From Amphiscolops sp. MND2022 (lineage: Eukaryota), in assembly GCA_964187785.1 (NCBI GenBank), contig OZ076412.1, forward strand, positions 30,318,001 to 30,382,000: a DNA stretch of 64,000 nucleotides, written 5' to 3'. The notes below the pieces were generated by a model. It worked only from the letters and a program-made list of their open reading frames with translations. It made no database searches and was not told where the DNA came from. The position numbers and the translations under genes were made by a program. Within the stretch, counting starts at the first letter, position 1, and every line of letters starts with the position of its first letter. Shown piece after piece: positions 51,991 to 62,700 of the stretch.

Positions 51991-52928
51991 GGCTTTAAAA
52001 GCTATGGTAGCCAAAGGTAGTACCCTTTCAAAAGTACCCGAGTTTGCTTTCTAGTAAGATATAAAGGCCTGTAGAAATGGCCTGTGAAAGGCCTTCTGTA
52101 AATAGTGGACCTTTTCAGTGAGAGGTTTGTGGTCTGGAGAAAAAAAACAAAAAGGCAAGCTAACCGCTATATGCTGAAAATTCGAAGTGATAACCACCAG
52201 TCACTATTTCTGGAAATGTAATAAAACCAAACCAATGCACGATCGAAGATTATTGCAACAAAAATGTTTATGAAGCTTGGGTTCTCTGTCGACTATATTA
52301 TAGAGTATTGACAAGAAATCAATGATCAAACTGTTTGCGACAAATAATAAATATAAAACCCGGTGAAATCATTCCATTGCATCATAAACCTAACAAGAAG
52401 TTTGTTTCTGTATACACAATAAAGTACATTATATGAAATACGGACCGGAACAAGCTTAAACAGGCATTTTCAATATTCGAGGTGATTCAGAGAATTTACC
52501 TAGCACACATTCCTTTGAACCAGTCGCTATGAAAGAAACGCTGCTTGTATTGTACAAGAGTTTATGAGATATGAGCAGAAGAAAACTAGCTTTACAGCAC
52601 GATCGTCAAATGAAAGTCTGTCTACTCCACGATACCGCAGAACAAATATGCACTGAAGAGCTCTAAGCTAATAACCATCATATATTCATCGTCGAAATTC
52701 TGACAATTAGAGAACCATGGTCAGTGGGTTCTGTGTCGAGAGGCAAGCATTACTGCAAACAAATTGAACCATTCCATTTTAACAGGCGTTTCAGTTGCCC
52801 TTACTTCGCACGAAAAGGTGTAACCTTGAACAGCAGCTGCAGAAAATAGTTCTATTGAAAGATTTTTTTGGGATGCAGTCCATTTTTTCGCACCGCTATT
52901 GGCGGAGCCATTGCCAGATGGAATCCAG

Positions 52929-53024
52929 AGTTTCCATGCTGTAACTTGTGGTCAAGTAAACTCTTATTCATCTCAATTGAGATGAATAAGAGTTTACTTG
53001 ACCACAAGTTAGAGCATGGAAACT
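52929..53024. repeat. 96-bp loopless palindrome (48-bp arms, one mismatch)
   Basis: Centre TCTCAA|TTGAGA at 52976/52977. 35 consecutive perfect pairs, a G/G mismatch (52941/53012), then 12 more pairs. Confidence 0.97.
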
Positions 53025-53149
53025 TCAGGAACACTTCAATAGTTCGTTTTCTAAAGCAAATGGTTGTTTTCCTTTTCTTGAGGCTTCAACAAAGTTTTTT
53101 ATTGACAATTTCTGACTGAAACTCCTAGATAATGTGAAGTCGAACTTCC

Positions 53150-53245
53150 CATTTGGCATGTGGGTTAAAGCCAATTTCCCAGCCTGGTAATGGAGCCTGG
53201 GAAGCAGGTGTGCATCGGTTCGAACCTCACGCTGGAGTTGAATTT
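53150..53245 (+). repeat. tRNA-derived SINE-like head
   Basis: A-box-like TGGCATGTGGGTTAAAGC and B-box GGTTCGAACCT; spacing is not that of a real tRNA. Confidence 0.45.
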
Positions 53246-54799
53246 TATCATGTTAGCAATGGTGAACAAAAAGCGGCACCTGGGCATTGTGCAATTTTCC
53301 TTCGAAATTTTCATTTTACCATAGCTCCTTTTAATGCTAGTTGATAATTTCAGCAAAGAAAACTCATTTCGCGAGAGTAGCTCCCAGACTTTTGGATTTT
53401 ATGAAAGCGCAACTTTTTTTAATATTACCAAATTATTGCCATTTTTTAGATTAAGTTTTGCCCAGGAGAAAGCGGTGCAAAAATATACTATTTGAAAGTT
53501 CTATTTTGGAACCCTTGAAATTGTTTTCAATTCAGATCTTGAGATTTTTTTAGTTGAGGTCATTCCTTGGCTTTTTGCGAAAGGCGTTTTGTAACAATAT
53601 ACTGAAAACATTGCAGAGCCACTGCGCCTCTCGTCTATTTTGGACTAGGAAGTAATGCAAGTTCGTTGTTTGAGAGAATTGCTGGAGGAGCAAATATACT
53701 GGACACCGGGATAAGGAAGCAAATCTGATTTGACTATTGATCTCATATAAATTCATTCCGAAAATTCTGCAAGTTTCTTCGAATATGAATCATTTGCAAT
53801 TTTATTGGTTTCGACCAATCGGTCAACATTCGTATATCCTTGAAAAATGGCTTTTTGGGAGCTCAGTAAAAATTTTGCTAATGCAAAAACTTCCAAATAA
53901 ACTATGTTTATCCCCACATGAATTTCTTGTTGCAAAATCACACTCGAAAGTTCGAGAAATACATTAGGGTACCGTTTACGCATATCTAAGTGCTTTATAG
54001 TTTTATACAAATTTTAGCTGTAAAAACAAATTTCGTAGAACTTCATAGTTCGGTGTGTGATTCTCAAGCATTTCTCGATACAGGTACTAAACAACGTTAC
54101 CCTATTTAGGCATTACAGGTATCTCAAGCCTCCTCTGTCAATGTCCAGACAGTGCAGTAACGTTCAGAAAAATCAGATTTTTACACCAAGCTTTCAAAGA
54201 TCCAACTGTATCATTTGACAATTAAGATCGCCAAATGACGTGCAAATATTGCTCATTAAATTACGTTTGAAATATCTTCCAGCCACTTCTGTCATGAAAC
54301 AAGGGCATGTAAGCTGATTCTGCCGCGATTGTCAGACTGAGCCGATCAAATTTTGGAAATCCAATACTAAACTTCGAAAGAGTTTCCTCCTCTAACTTCA
54401 AAAACGTACATTTGAGTGCCATTTCAATACTAGAAGCAATGCAACGTTTTTGTGTAATATAGGACTTCATTTAGAGCATCTCCAATGGCGAAATACTACT
54501 TGAGAAACAATGGCTAAAAATGGTTGTTTCAATCTGACATCCGTTCAAAAGCTCTGGCTTTGGCGTCTCGTGTTTACATCTTTGATCGAAAAGAAATGAC
54601 TGTGCGTAGCCTTTTGGTAGCCGTCTCTTTAAAGTCTTGGAAAAATCTAACTTTGAATATCTAATTCTGCAAAAAAATGCGAAACCAGTCTTGTTTGAAA
54701 TCTTGGAACTTCGGGAATGTTGACATAACAAGGTTTTCTGATATTTCCGAAGTTTCAGCATACAAGATAGGCTTGTAAAAATGAGCTAGGCTCAATTGA

Positions 54800-55155
54800 A
54801 ACTAGACGAAAACGTTTCAAGTCGGTGGTCCACTCAAGGCTCCAAAATTGCTGAGTTTTTCAAGAGACTGCTTTATGAAAATTCAGAAAAAATCTCACAT
54901 TGCCGAAAAACCCAAAACTGGACCCTTTGCAGTTTCTGTTTCGTAGGCCATGTGAAAATAAAGAAAATATGAAGCAAGTACCATTCAGTCTCATTTAGAA
55001 CTCTTTAGTTCTTATGCTACTTATTATCTACATTCCTATCCGTTTCAAACGAAGTTCGTCGCATTCGTGTCTGTTTTGATAAAAAAGACTGTATTAGTCA
55101 GGCGATTTTAGTTGGCTAAGAAAACCGACTAAAAAACAGTCCCCTGCGGGGCACA
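54800..55155 (+). repeat. Diverged copy of the 4505-family repeat
   Basis: GACGAAAACGTTTCAAGTCGGT … TTGCCGAAAAA … CCGACTAAAAAA followed by the small hairpin CCCCTGCGGGG. Confidence 0.5.
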
Positions 55156-55659
55156 CTATTACTTCTGCATTTACGCTTCCATCTTCAATAATAGAAACAT
55201 ATCTTAATCATTTATATAGCGCACAATTAATCACTCTACCAGTTTACACCGCCTTTAATTCTTCTCGGACTAAGTAAATATAACTACTAAGCGTAGACGA
55301 ACTTTCGCATTGGTATTTGAACGCAGGCGAAGCTCTCGGCGAACGAATAATTAACACTCGTTCGCTTCATCTCAATGACTCGGCGTACCCACTCGCTCGT
55401 TCCATCGCACGAGAAAGTAAATGTTGTCGGCATCTTGAGGAATTGAAATCTCACGCTTATACTCACTGCTGAACAAAATATCTGAATTTTTCAGTATCAC
55501 GACAAGAATTGTACTGAACAAAAAAGTGGAAATCTTGAGGTTTCAAAATTATTCCTGCTATCGCAGAAATAACAACAAACTGATGAGTTTGAGCTGAAGA
55601 AATAGCAGATATAAGACAGTTGGAATGCTATCTATTTCCTGTATTGAGCAGAAACCTCA

Positions 55660-56192
55660 TTTTTAGTAGGCGTTTTCGAAGAAAATCCCGACTCTTACAG
55701 TGGCTAGTTTTTTTCGTCAGTTCAACGCGAAACGTCCACTTTTTGTGCATTATTGCACATTTACCAAGTTTTACCATATGTACTTAGTACTTCATTTTCA
55801 ACGCATCCAAAGCCTCTAACATGAGATAAAAAGCCATTCCAAAGCAGAAGAGTCCACTTTTTTTGACACTATGAGACTTTCCTCCTTTTTTCGGCACTGT
55901 GAGACTGATTTTTTTCCGAATTTTTTTTTATTGTTCCTCCCATCAATTTTTGATATTTTTCAACAGAATGGATGTTCAAAAAATCCCAAAGCGTCCCCCC
56001 GTTTACATTTTTCGGCACTATGCGACTTACCGGAAACTTCAAAAAAAATGTCAAAAAAAAATTCGGATTTTTTTCTCAATTTTTAGTTTTTTGAGAGCTT
56101 TTGTTGTCTTCAGTTGCAGAAAAAGTGGTTTTCGTTTTCGAGTCTTTTTGAGACTTAGATATGGTGAAGACTTGGGCCGTTTCCGGCTTGTT
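55660..56192 (-). repeat. Copy of the 4505-family repeat in reverse orientation, just 3' of CNDP-B
   Basis: TTTTTAGTAGGCG … TTTTTCGGCAC … GACTTGGGCCGTTTCCGGCTTGTT. Confidence 0.7.
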
Positions 56193-56378
56193 ACATTTTT
56201 ACAACCTCGTTTTTACAGACAAAGCCTTTAATTTTTATCACGAACGAAAGGTCTGATATCACTTACACTAGCATAATCATATGAGGAAGTAGAAGGGTAA
56301 TAATTTATTTACATTATTGAAGCAAAGATTACACAAACCACTAATCAACTTGATTGAAGGAATAGTTCAAATATGGAA

Positions 56379-57818
56379 TCAGCACTTGGGAATTTTTCCC
56401 ATTTCATTAAAATAATGAGTAAAAAGTTGCATTCCTTTGAAGAAATTTCGTTGGTCAAGCTTTTCGTTTTGAGAGTGAGCCGAGTCATCGCAAGCACCCA
56501 TAGGCAAGAGCATGACATTTTTGCCGAGGGCATTTTGGAAGTAGAGGGTAGTTGGGATGCTGCCTCCTTCTCGGGTCAAATCAGGTTCAACTCCAAACAC
56601 CTTTTTACACGCCTCGCGACCTGCAACATACTGGGGGTTGTTCACATCTGTGACCCAAGCTTCGGCTCCGTGCATAAGAAACACGTCGAACTTATTGGGA
56701 CTTGACAGTTTGGCGAACTCAGAACGTAGATACGAAACAACACATTTCTCAACTTGGTCGATCTTCATATCGGGAACAAGGCGAATCGAGAACTTTCCGG
56801 TAACTTTGCGAGGTATGACAGTTTTAGCACCAGGACCGTGGAAAGCACCTTCGATTCCGTGGATGGACAGAGAGGGAAATCTCCATCTGGACATCAACAA
56901 TTCTTCCTTTGTCGCGGGCATTAGCTTCGTGGCCCCTATTTCGTTTTTGAAAGCTTCAGGGTCGAAATCCAACTTTGGGTAGATCTTCTTCTCTTCTTCC
57001 GTAACTGGAGCAACCATCTCCATCAATCCGGGAATGAGAATTTGGCCAGTTGGACTGATCAGTTTGGACATGACAGCAAACAAGTCAGACATACCTTCGT
57101 GCACGGCTCCCCCGTAGACACCAGAATGCAAATCTTTACATGCACATTCGACTGATACTCCGAAATACGACATTCCTCTGAGGCCATATGTCAGACAAGG
57201 CTTCGAAGTTCCCAGCCAATAGTTATCAGAGATGCACACAAAATCAACGTCTTTCAAAAAGCCGTCTTTCGCACCTTCGACCACCTCTTGCAACCCCACT
57301 GATCCACTCTCTTCCATGCCCTCAAACACAAACTTGAGATTGACAGGAATTTCGACTCTGCACTCATTGAAAGCTTCTACGACATTGAGCCAACCCAGAA
57401 CAGGGCCTTTGTCGTCAGAAGATCCTCGCCCGAACATACGACCCTTGTCGTCAATTGTCAGTTCGAATGGCTCTGTGTTCCACCCATCGCTCATTTTAGC
57501 AGGTTGAACATCCAAATGGCCGTAGATACACAAGGTATTTTTATTGGGGTCGTTGCCCAATTGAGCGAAAAGTACAGGCGGTAGTTCTATATCTTTGCTT
57601 TCTCCATCAACGGTGACAGTCTGAGTTCCAATGTCTTTCAACTCCGTTTTTGCACCTAGCCGTTCCAATTCACCTTTGACATGTTTCACCATCTTGATCA
57701 CTTCAGGGCGCGATTCAGGCTGTGAAGACACACTCTGGACGGCTACCCATTTCTTCAGCCGATCTACGTAGAAGTCCGAATTGTTCTCCAAGTGTTTTAG
57801 AACGCTGTCAATGCTCAT
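56379..57818 (-). CDS. CNDP2: Cytosolic non-specific dipeptidase (M20A, CNDP2-like), paralogue B; single coding exon; 479 aa
   Basis: Uninterrupted ORF with YGHLDVQPA, GRGSSDDKGP, EGMEESGS, ISDNYW, DLHSG, SIRLVP, REGGSIP and DDSAHSQNEK. Confidence 0.97.
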   Translation of the reverse strand: MSIDSVLKHLENNSDFYVDRLKKWVAVQSVSSQPESRPEVIKMVKHVKGELERLGAKTELKDIGTQTVTVDGESKDIELPPVLFAQLGNDPNKNTLCIYGHLDVQPAKMSDGWNTEPFELTIDDKGRMFGRGSSDDKGPVLGWLNVVEAFNECRVEIPVNLKFVFEGMEESGSVGLQEVVEGAKDGFLKDVDFVCISDNYWLGTSKPCLTYGLRGMSYFGVSVECACKDLHSGVYGGAVHEGMSDLFAVMSKLISPTGQILIPGLMEMVAPVTEEEKKIYPKLDFDPEAFKNEIGATKLMPATKEELLMSRWRFPSLSIHGIEGAFHGPGAKTVIPRKVTGKFSIRLVPDMKIDQVEKCVVSYLRSEFAKLSSPNKFDVFLMHGAEAWVTDVNNPQYVAGREACKKVFGVEPDLTREGGSIPTTLYFQNALGKNVMLLPMGACDDSAHSQNEKLDQRNFFKGMQLFTHYFNEMGKIPKC

Positions 57819-59186
57819 TCTAATCCCTGTTTAATTTTATCTGAAAAGTTGGAACAAAACTTACTAGTATGAAATCACACGAAGAAATGACACACCTGTA
57901 TTAGTGGACTAGGTGAAATGCACAAATTTAGATATTTGAGTGAACAAATAGAAACCACCAAATGATTACTGTCGTCAAAACAATGTTGCTTGGCAAGCTG
58001 AATGTATGTATAGTGATTAAATTATAACGACAGCATTCCTTTGGTTTATTGGACCATCGCACACAGCAATTGATGAAATACGGAATTACTGGAGCAAAAA
58101 ACACTATTTTGAGCTGAAGTATGAATTCACCAGACAATAAAATTTTTCTTGAACCTTCTAAACATTAAAACTGCTGCAGACACTTCAAGACAAAAACTTT
58201 GAGACAATGAAATTGAGAAATACTTGACAAAAATAGTGCACTATTTCATACCTGAGGTTTCTTGGCTTGAATAATACGGTTAATTATGCGTACATTTTTA
58301 AAATTATTGTTTGTTGCATTTCATGCAGAGTACATTAAATCTTCGAATGGAATATTGTTTCAGATGTACGATGGCAACTCAGTAATAAGTTTTCTTCCGA
58401 AACTTTCACTCCAAGCTTTTTTGAAGATCCGTTTTTGAAGTTTCATAGTTTATTGGTTGAGGATCGAGCCGCCAAAAATGGGCCCCAGTGGGGCACAGTA
58501 ATATTTCTGCTTTATGTATCGTATAGTTCAGAAGTTTTAATTATTGAACATTAAAGTTAATGGTTATCCATATCGTTCAAATAACTTCGTTCGGTCGATT
58601 TCATCGAATTCATCCCATGTCAAACTGAGGATCGGCCCAGACCTCGAAAAAAATATATTTGAAAAAGTATTTTTGAAACTTTTCAAGTCAATCATTAGCC
58701 CCCGAATCTCCTAGACATGCTGATATGATTTGATTGAAACACTTTTTCGATTTCAAATAAAAATCATCAATTTTCTAAATATAATTCTTATAGCCTATCT
58801 TAATACATGTATCGCAGTGCTCAAAGACACAACATAGTGTGCATTTTTTTCTGATTTGAAAAATTCTCGATCAAAACAATTCAGTAGGTTCGGGAGATAA
58901 GGAGTCTCCGAATAAGAAAAATCCCAAAAGTGTTGATTCTATGCTACTCCATTTTCGACAAAAAACGAAAACTCAAATGCCAATCAAAATTTTCTAAAAT
59001 TTGAATTTTTCAACTTTTTTAGTATGGGTCGTAGAACTTTCAAAGAAATATTTTTGTAAACTAGATGAAATTCTAAGAAACTTTGTAGCTGGCAAATTCT
59101 TGTACTCGTGAGTTTACGAGATTTTGAATTTTGCCATTTTAAGCAATGAGGTTGCGATAATTTGGAACGCTATATTTTCCTGTTAA

Positions 59187-59443
59187 CCCTCAATGGACCA
59201 TTGGGACGTATACGTCCCAGTTAGTTTTTGCAAACTTCTGAACCAGCCAGATGACTGTATGATAAAGAAAACTCTTGAATAAGATTTTCAGACGATATTA
59301 CATAGCATTGCATGCCTTTTCATGGAATATTGGCAAGTTGTCGCCAAAATCAAGAAAACAGGACCAAAAAATCAAAAAAATTCAGCGCAGATTTCCTTTT
59401 TTTTCAGTTTTAATTTATGGCCATTTTATCCTACTAAGATTGG
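59187..59443. mobile_element. One end of a piggyBac-type non-autonomous element, interrupted by the BEL element
   Basis: TTAA (59183-59186) followed by CCCT… and the subterminal palindrome GGGACGTATACGTCCC. The other end is not in the window. Confidence 0.55.
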
Positions 59444-59692
59444 TGTTAAGATTGGGTCTGTTGATACTTTCCAAAAATATTCGTTTGTGATGCTAACTTT
59501 TGAATCAACCAATCAGAATTCAACACATGAAATTACGTATGAATAAGTTTGAACTGTTGATTTTCTGCCACGTTTATTCACACTTTATTTTAAGAGTCAA
59601 GTTTGTTCTACTCTTCTCACTGAATAAAAACTGTCTTGTCATTATCAAATTTAATTCAATCATTTCATAAAAACAACTTTCAAACAGCAACA
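59444..59692 (+). repeat. Probable 5' LTR of the BEL/Pao element
   Basis: TGTTAAG… start (best guess), internal AATAAA (~59622), and a …CA end at 59692 followed by a PBS. The 3' LTR is outside the window, so the start is unverified. Confidence 0.55.
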
Positions 59693-59695
59693 TTT

Positions 59696-59718
59696 TGGTG
59701 CCGCGCTTACCCAGGAAT
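59696..59718 (+). other. Primer-binding site of the BEL element
   Basis: TGGTGCCG directly after the LTR's CA, complementary to a tRNA 3' end (…CGGCACCA, tRNA-His-like). Confidence 0.6.
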
Positions 59719-59769
59719 TTCGAAACTTGGAAATTCAATCTATTGAACAGAAGGATTATTAAATTTGAA

Positions 59770-62700
59770 ATGGCTGAAGCTTTGAAAAGAACGAGATCTG
59801 GCTATCTCGGAACAATTACCAGGACAGAAAACTCAGTGAAAGAAATCCTTGAGAGGGAACCTAGCACACTAACGCTGCTGGAAATCTCAAAGATCAAGTG
59901 TTCTCTTGAAAGGTGCAGGGAACAAGTGTCCAAGATTGAAGAACTAAACGAACGCATCATCAACGAATTGACTGAAGGTGACACAATCTCGGAAGAGTTC
60001 GAAGCTGAAAAGTCTAGAATTGATGATAATGATCTCAGGATCAAAACAACGATCAAAGCGCTTGAAATGGCCGAAGAACGGATCGAACAGGCTGCTGACG
60101 CCGCCCCGAGACAACCACAGACTGTGACTGAAGATAGTCAAACATCCACTTCTGGTTTGAAACTGCCGAAACTCAGTCTTCCTACATTTACTGGGAAAAA
60201 CTCTGAGTGTACACCATTCTCAGACACATTCAACAATACCGTGGATAGCAATCGTACGCTTAGCAGCATTCAGAAACTCCACTATCTCAAGTCTTCGCTG
60301 AAAGATAAGCCTGCTCGTCTTTTATCGCATTTACCTACTTCCAGTGCGAATTACGAAGTTGCCAAAAAACTTCTCCAAGACAGGTATGCGAAAAAACGAT
60401 TGATAATTCACACTCATCTAGGAGCCATCTTTGATTTTCGTCCGATCAGAGAAGAATCACCTGATCAGCTCCGGAAATTGATTAGCAATTTCATGGAAAA
60501 CACGATGGCCCTACAAGGAATGGGATTAGATGTCGGACCATCAGATTTCACCTGGGTTCACATCATAGCAAAAAAGTTGGACACCCAGAGCCGCAGACAA
60601 TGGGAACTTCACAGCAAGGGCGATGATGCTCAGAGCATGGACAGCCTAAAGCAGTTTCTTGAAGATAGATACCGAGCACTTGAAGCCTCAGCCTCATCAA
60701 GCAAGTTAGTCAAGAAAAATCAAGAATCAAACAAGGTTCAAGGTTACCAAGGCTCTACTGCTAGCGTGTCCTGCATCAACTGCTCCGAGGGACATAAACT
60801 ACACCAGTGTGATAAATTCAAGATTATGAGTTATGAAGACAAACAGAAATTTATCAAAACGAAGAAGTTGTTTCAATTGTTTACGACCAGGTCACAATTC
60901 TAAGGCCTGCAAATTCAAGTCAAGGTGTCAGAAGTGTCAAAAACTGCACCATACCCTGCTCCATACCCCTGGTGAGCAAACTGAACAGATCCCCGTGGCC
61001 AATTCTCATTTGGGTCACGAGGGGATATTTTCTGCGAAATACATCCTACCTACAGTGGAAGTGTCAGTCATGTCGAAAACTGGTGCTCACAAGTGTCGAG
61101 CACTTCTGGATAGTGGATCGGAATTGACATTTATTAGTGAGGAATGTGTACAACGTTTGCAGCTGAAACGACTCAAATCCGAGATAATTATCAATGGCAT
61201 TGGATGTTCATCAAAATCAACTACCCGTGGAAAGACTGATCTGACAAATGTTGATGAAAATTCCATCTCCTACGATGTTTCAGCATTCATTTTACCACGA
61301 CTGCCAGCTGCTATTCCCTTCAGTCTGCTGAAAAAACCAGAGCTAATCAAGATTCCAAATATCAAGCTTTCTGACCCAAATTTTGCAAAACCTTCCAACA
61401 CTGATATCATCATCGGAATTGATCTTTATGAACAAGTCATTGGAAACGAAAGAACCAAAGTGTGTGATGGTATCTACGCACGCAAAACAGTATTCGGGTG
61501 GACAATCTGTGGATCAAAACCTGGTAAATCAGTGACAACCGTTAGTTCCTTCCAATCATCAGTCGACTTTGATTTTAGGCAATTTTGGGCATTGGAGGAA
61601 ATTCCAAAAGGTCGTCAGTTCTCCAAGGAAGAAGCCTGTGAGCAACATTTCGTTAACACGACAAAATATCAAGACAACCGTTTCACTGTAAAATTACCCT
61701 TCAAGCATATTGTCAGTTGGGAGAAAGTTTAGATCAAGCAAACAGAAAGTTCAACTCACTTGAAAAACGTCTAGATTCAGATCCAGACCTCATCACGCTA
61801 CAAGTCAGTCATCGATCAATTTGTGGAAACTGGGCATATGGAGGAAATTCCAGCGAACGAGACACGCTGCGAGGACAGCAAAAGCTTCTACCTACCCCAC
61901 CATTGCGTATTCAAAGACGATTCGACCACTACAAAACTTCGTGTTGTCTTTGATGGATCTGCGAAGACTTCCACTGGAAAGTCTTTAAATGACACTCTGA
62001 TGGTTGGTCCAACAGTACAAGACGATCTTTACTCCATCATAATGCGCTTTCGAGTGGTACCTGTTGCTTTGTCCGCTGATATAGAGAAAATGTACAGACA
62101 GGTTGCTTTAGAAGCACCAGACAAGGATTTTCATCGGATCATTTGGCGTGATAGAAAGGACGTACCTTTGCATATTTTTCGCATGACAAGAGTGACATAC
62201 GGCATTGTATCATCATCTTTTCATTCCACAAGATGCCTGAAAGAAGTTGTCAAGCGAACTTGCAACTCAAAGGTCCAATGTCACTTGGAGCACTCCTTCT
62301 ATGTGGATGATTTTCTTGGCGGAGCCAATTCTGTTGAAGATGCACGGAAACTGATTGCAGATCTTCATTCCGAACTCCTAAAATATGGATTCCCACTGCG
62401 TAAATGGGTATCAAGCTGTTCTACATTGATTAAGGAACTACCCAATGAGCTGCGAGAAACAGCTAACGAATGTGAAATCTTGTCAGACGACTACAAAATA
62501 AAGGCTCTAGGAATGATTTGGAAACCACACCTGGACATCATATGTTTCAAAACGGACCTACCTGCTGTGACAGTACTCACCAAACGCAGTCTATTGTCAG
62601 CTACAGCCAAATTGTACGATCCAATGGGTTGGCTAGCTCCCATTATTATCGTGTTCAAAATTCTACTTCAGCAAATTTGGTTGACTGGAGTCAAGTGGGA

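Noticed and set aside
46815-53245. Functional tRNA genes at the A/B-box motifs (46815, 51595, 53150)
   Set aside because: No complete cloverleaf or acceptor stem; treated as SINE-like remnants.
53550-54010. Protein-like minus-strand text (…FLIPVSSIFAPPAILSNNEL…)
   Set aside because: Interrupted by stops, no splice structure and no family recognised.
48180-57507. Plus-strand ORFs overlapping the CNDP genes (for example 48863, 49916, 56557, 57232)
   Set aside because: Antisense shadows of the real coding frames.
60860-60903. Programmed gag-pol frameshift in the BEL element
   Set aside because: BEL/Pao elements normally have one ORF. The shift falls within the zinc-knuckle region, is +1 with no clear slippery site, and other lesions are present, so it is a mutation or sequencing error.
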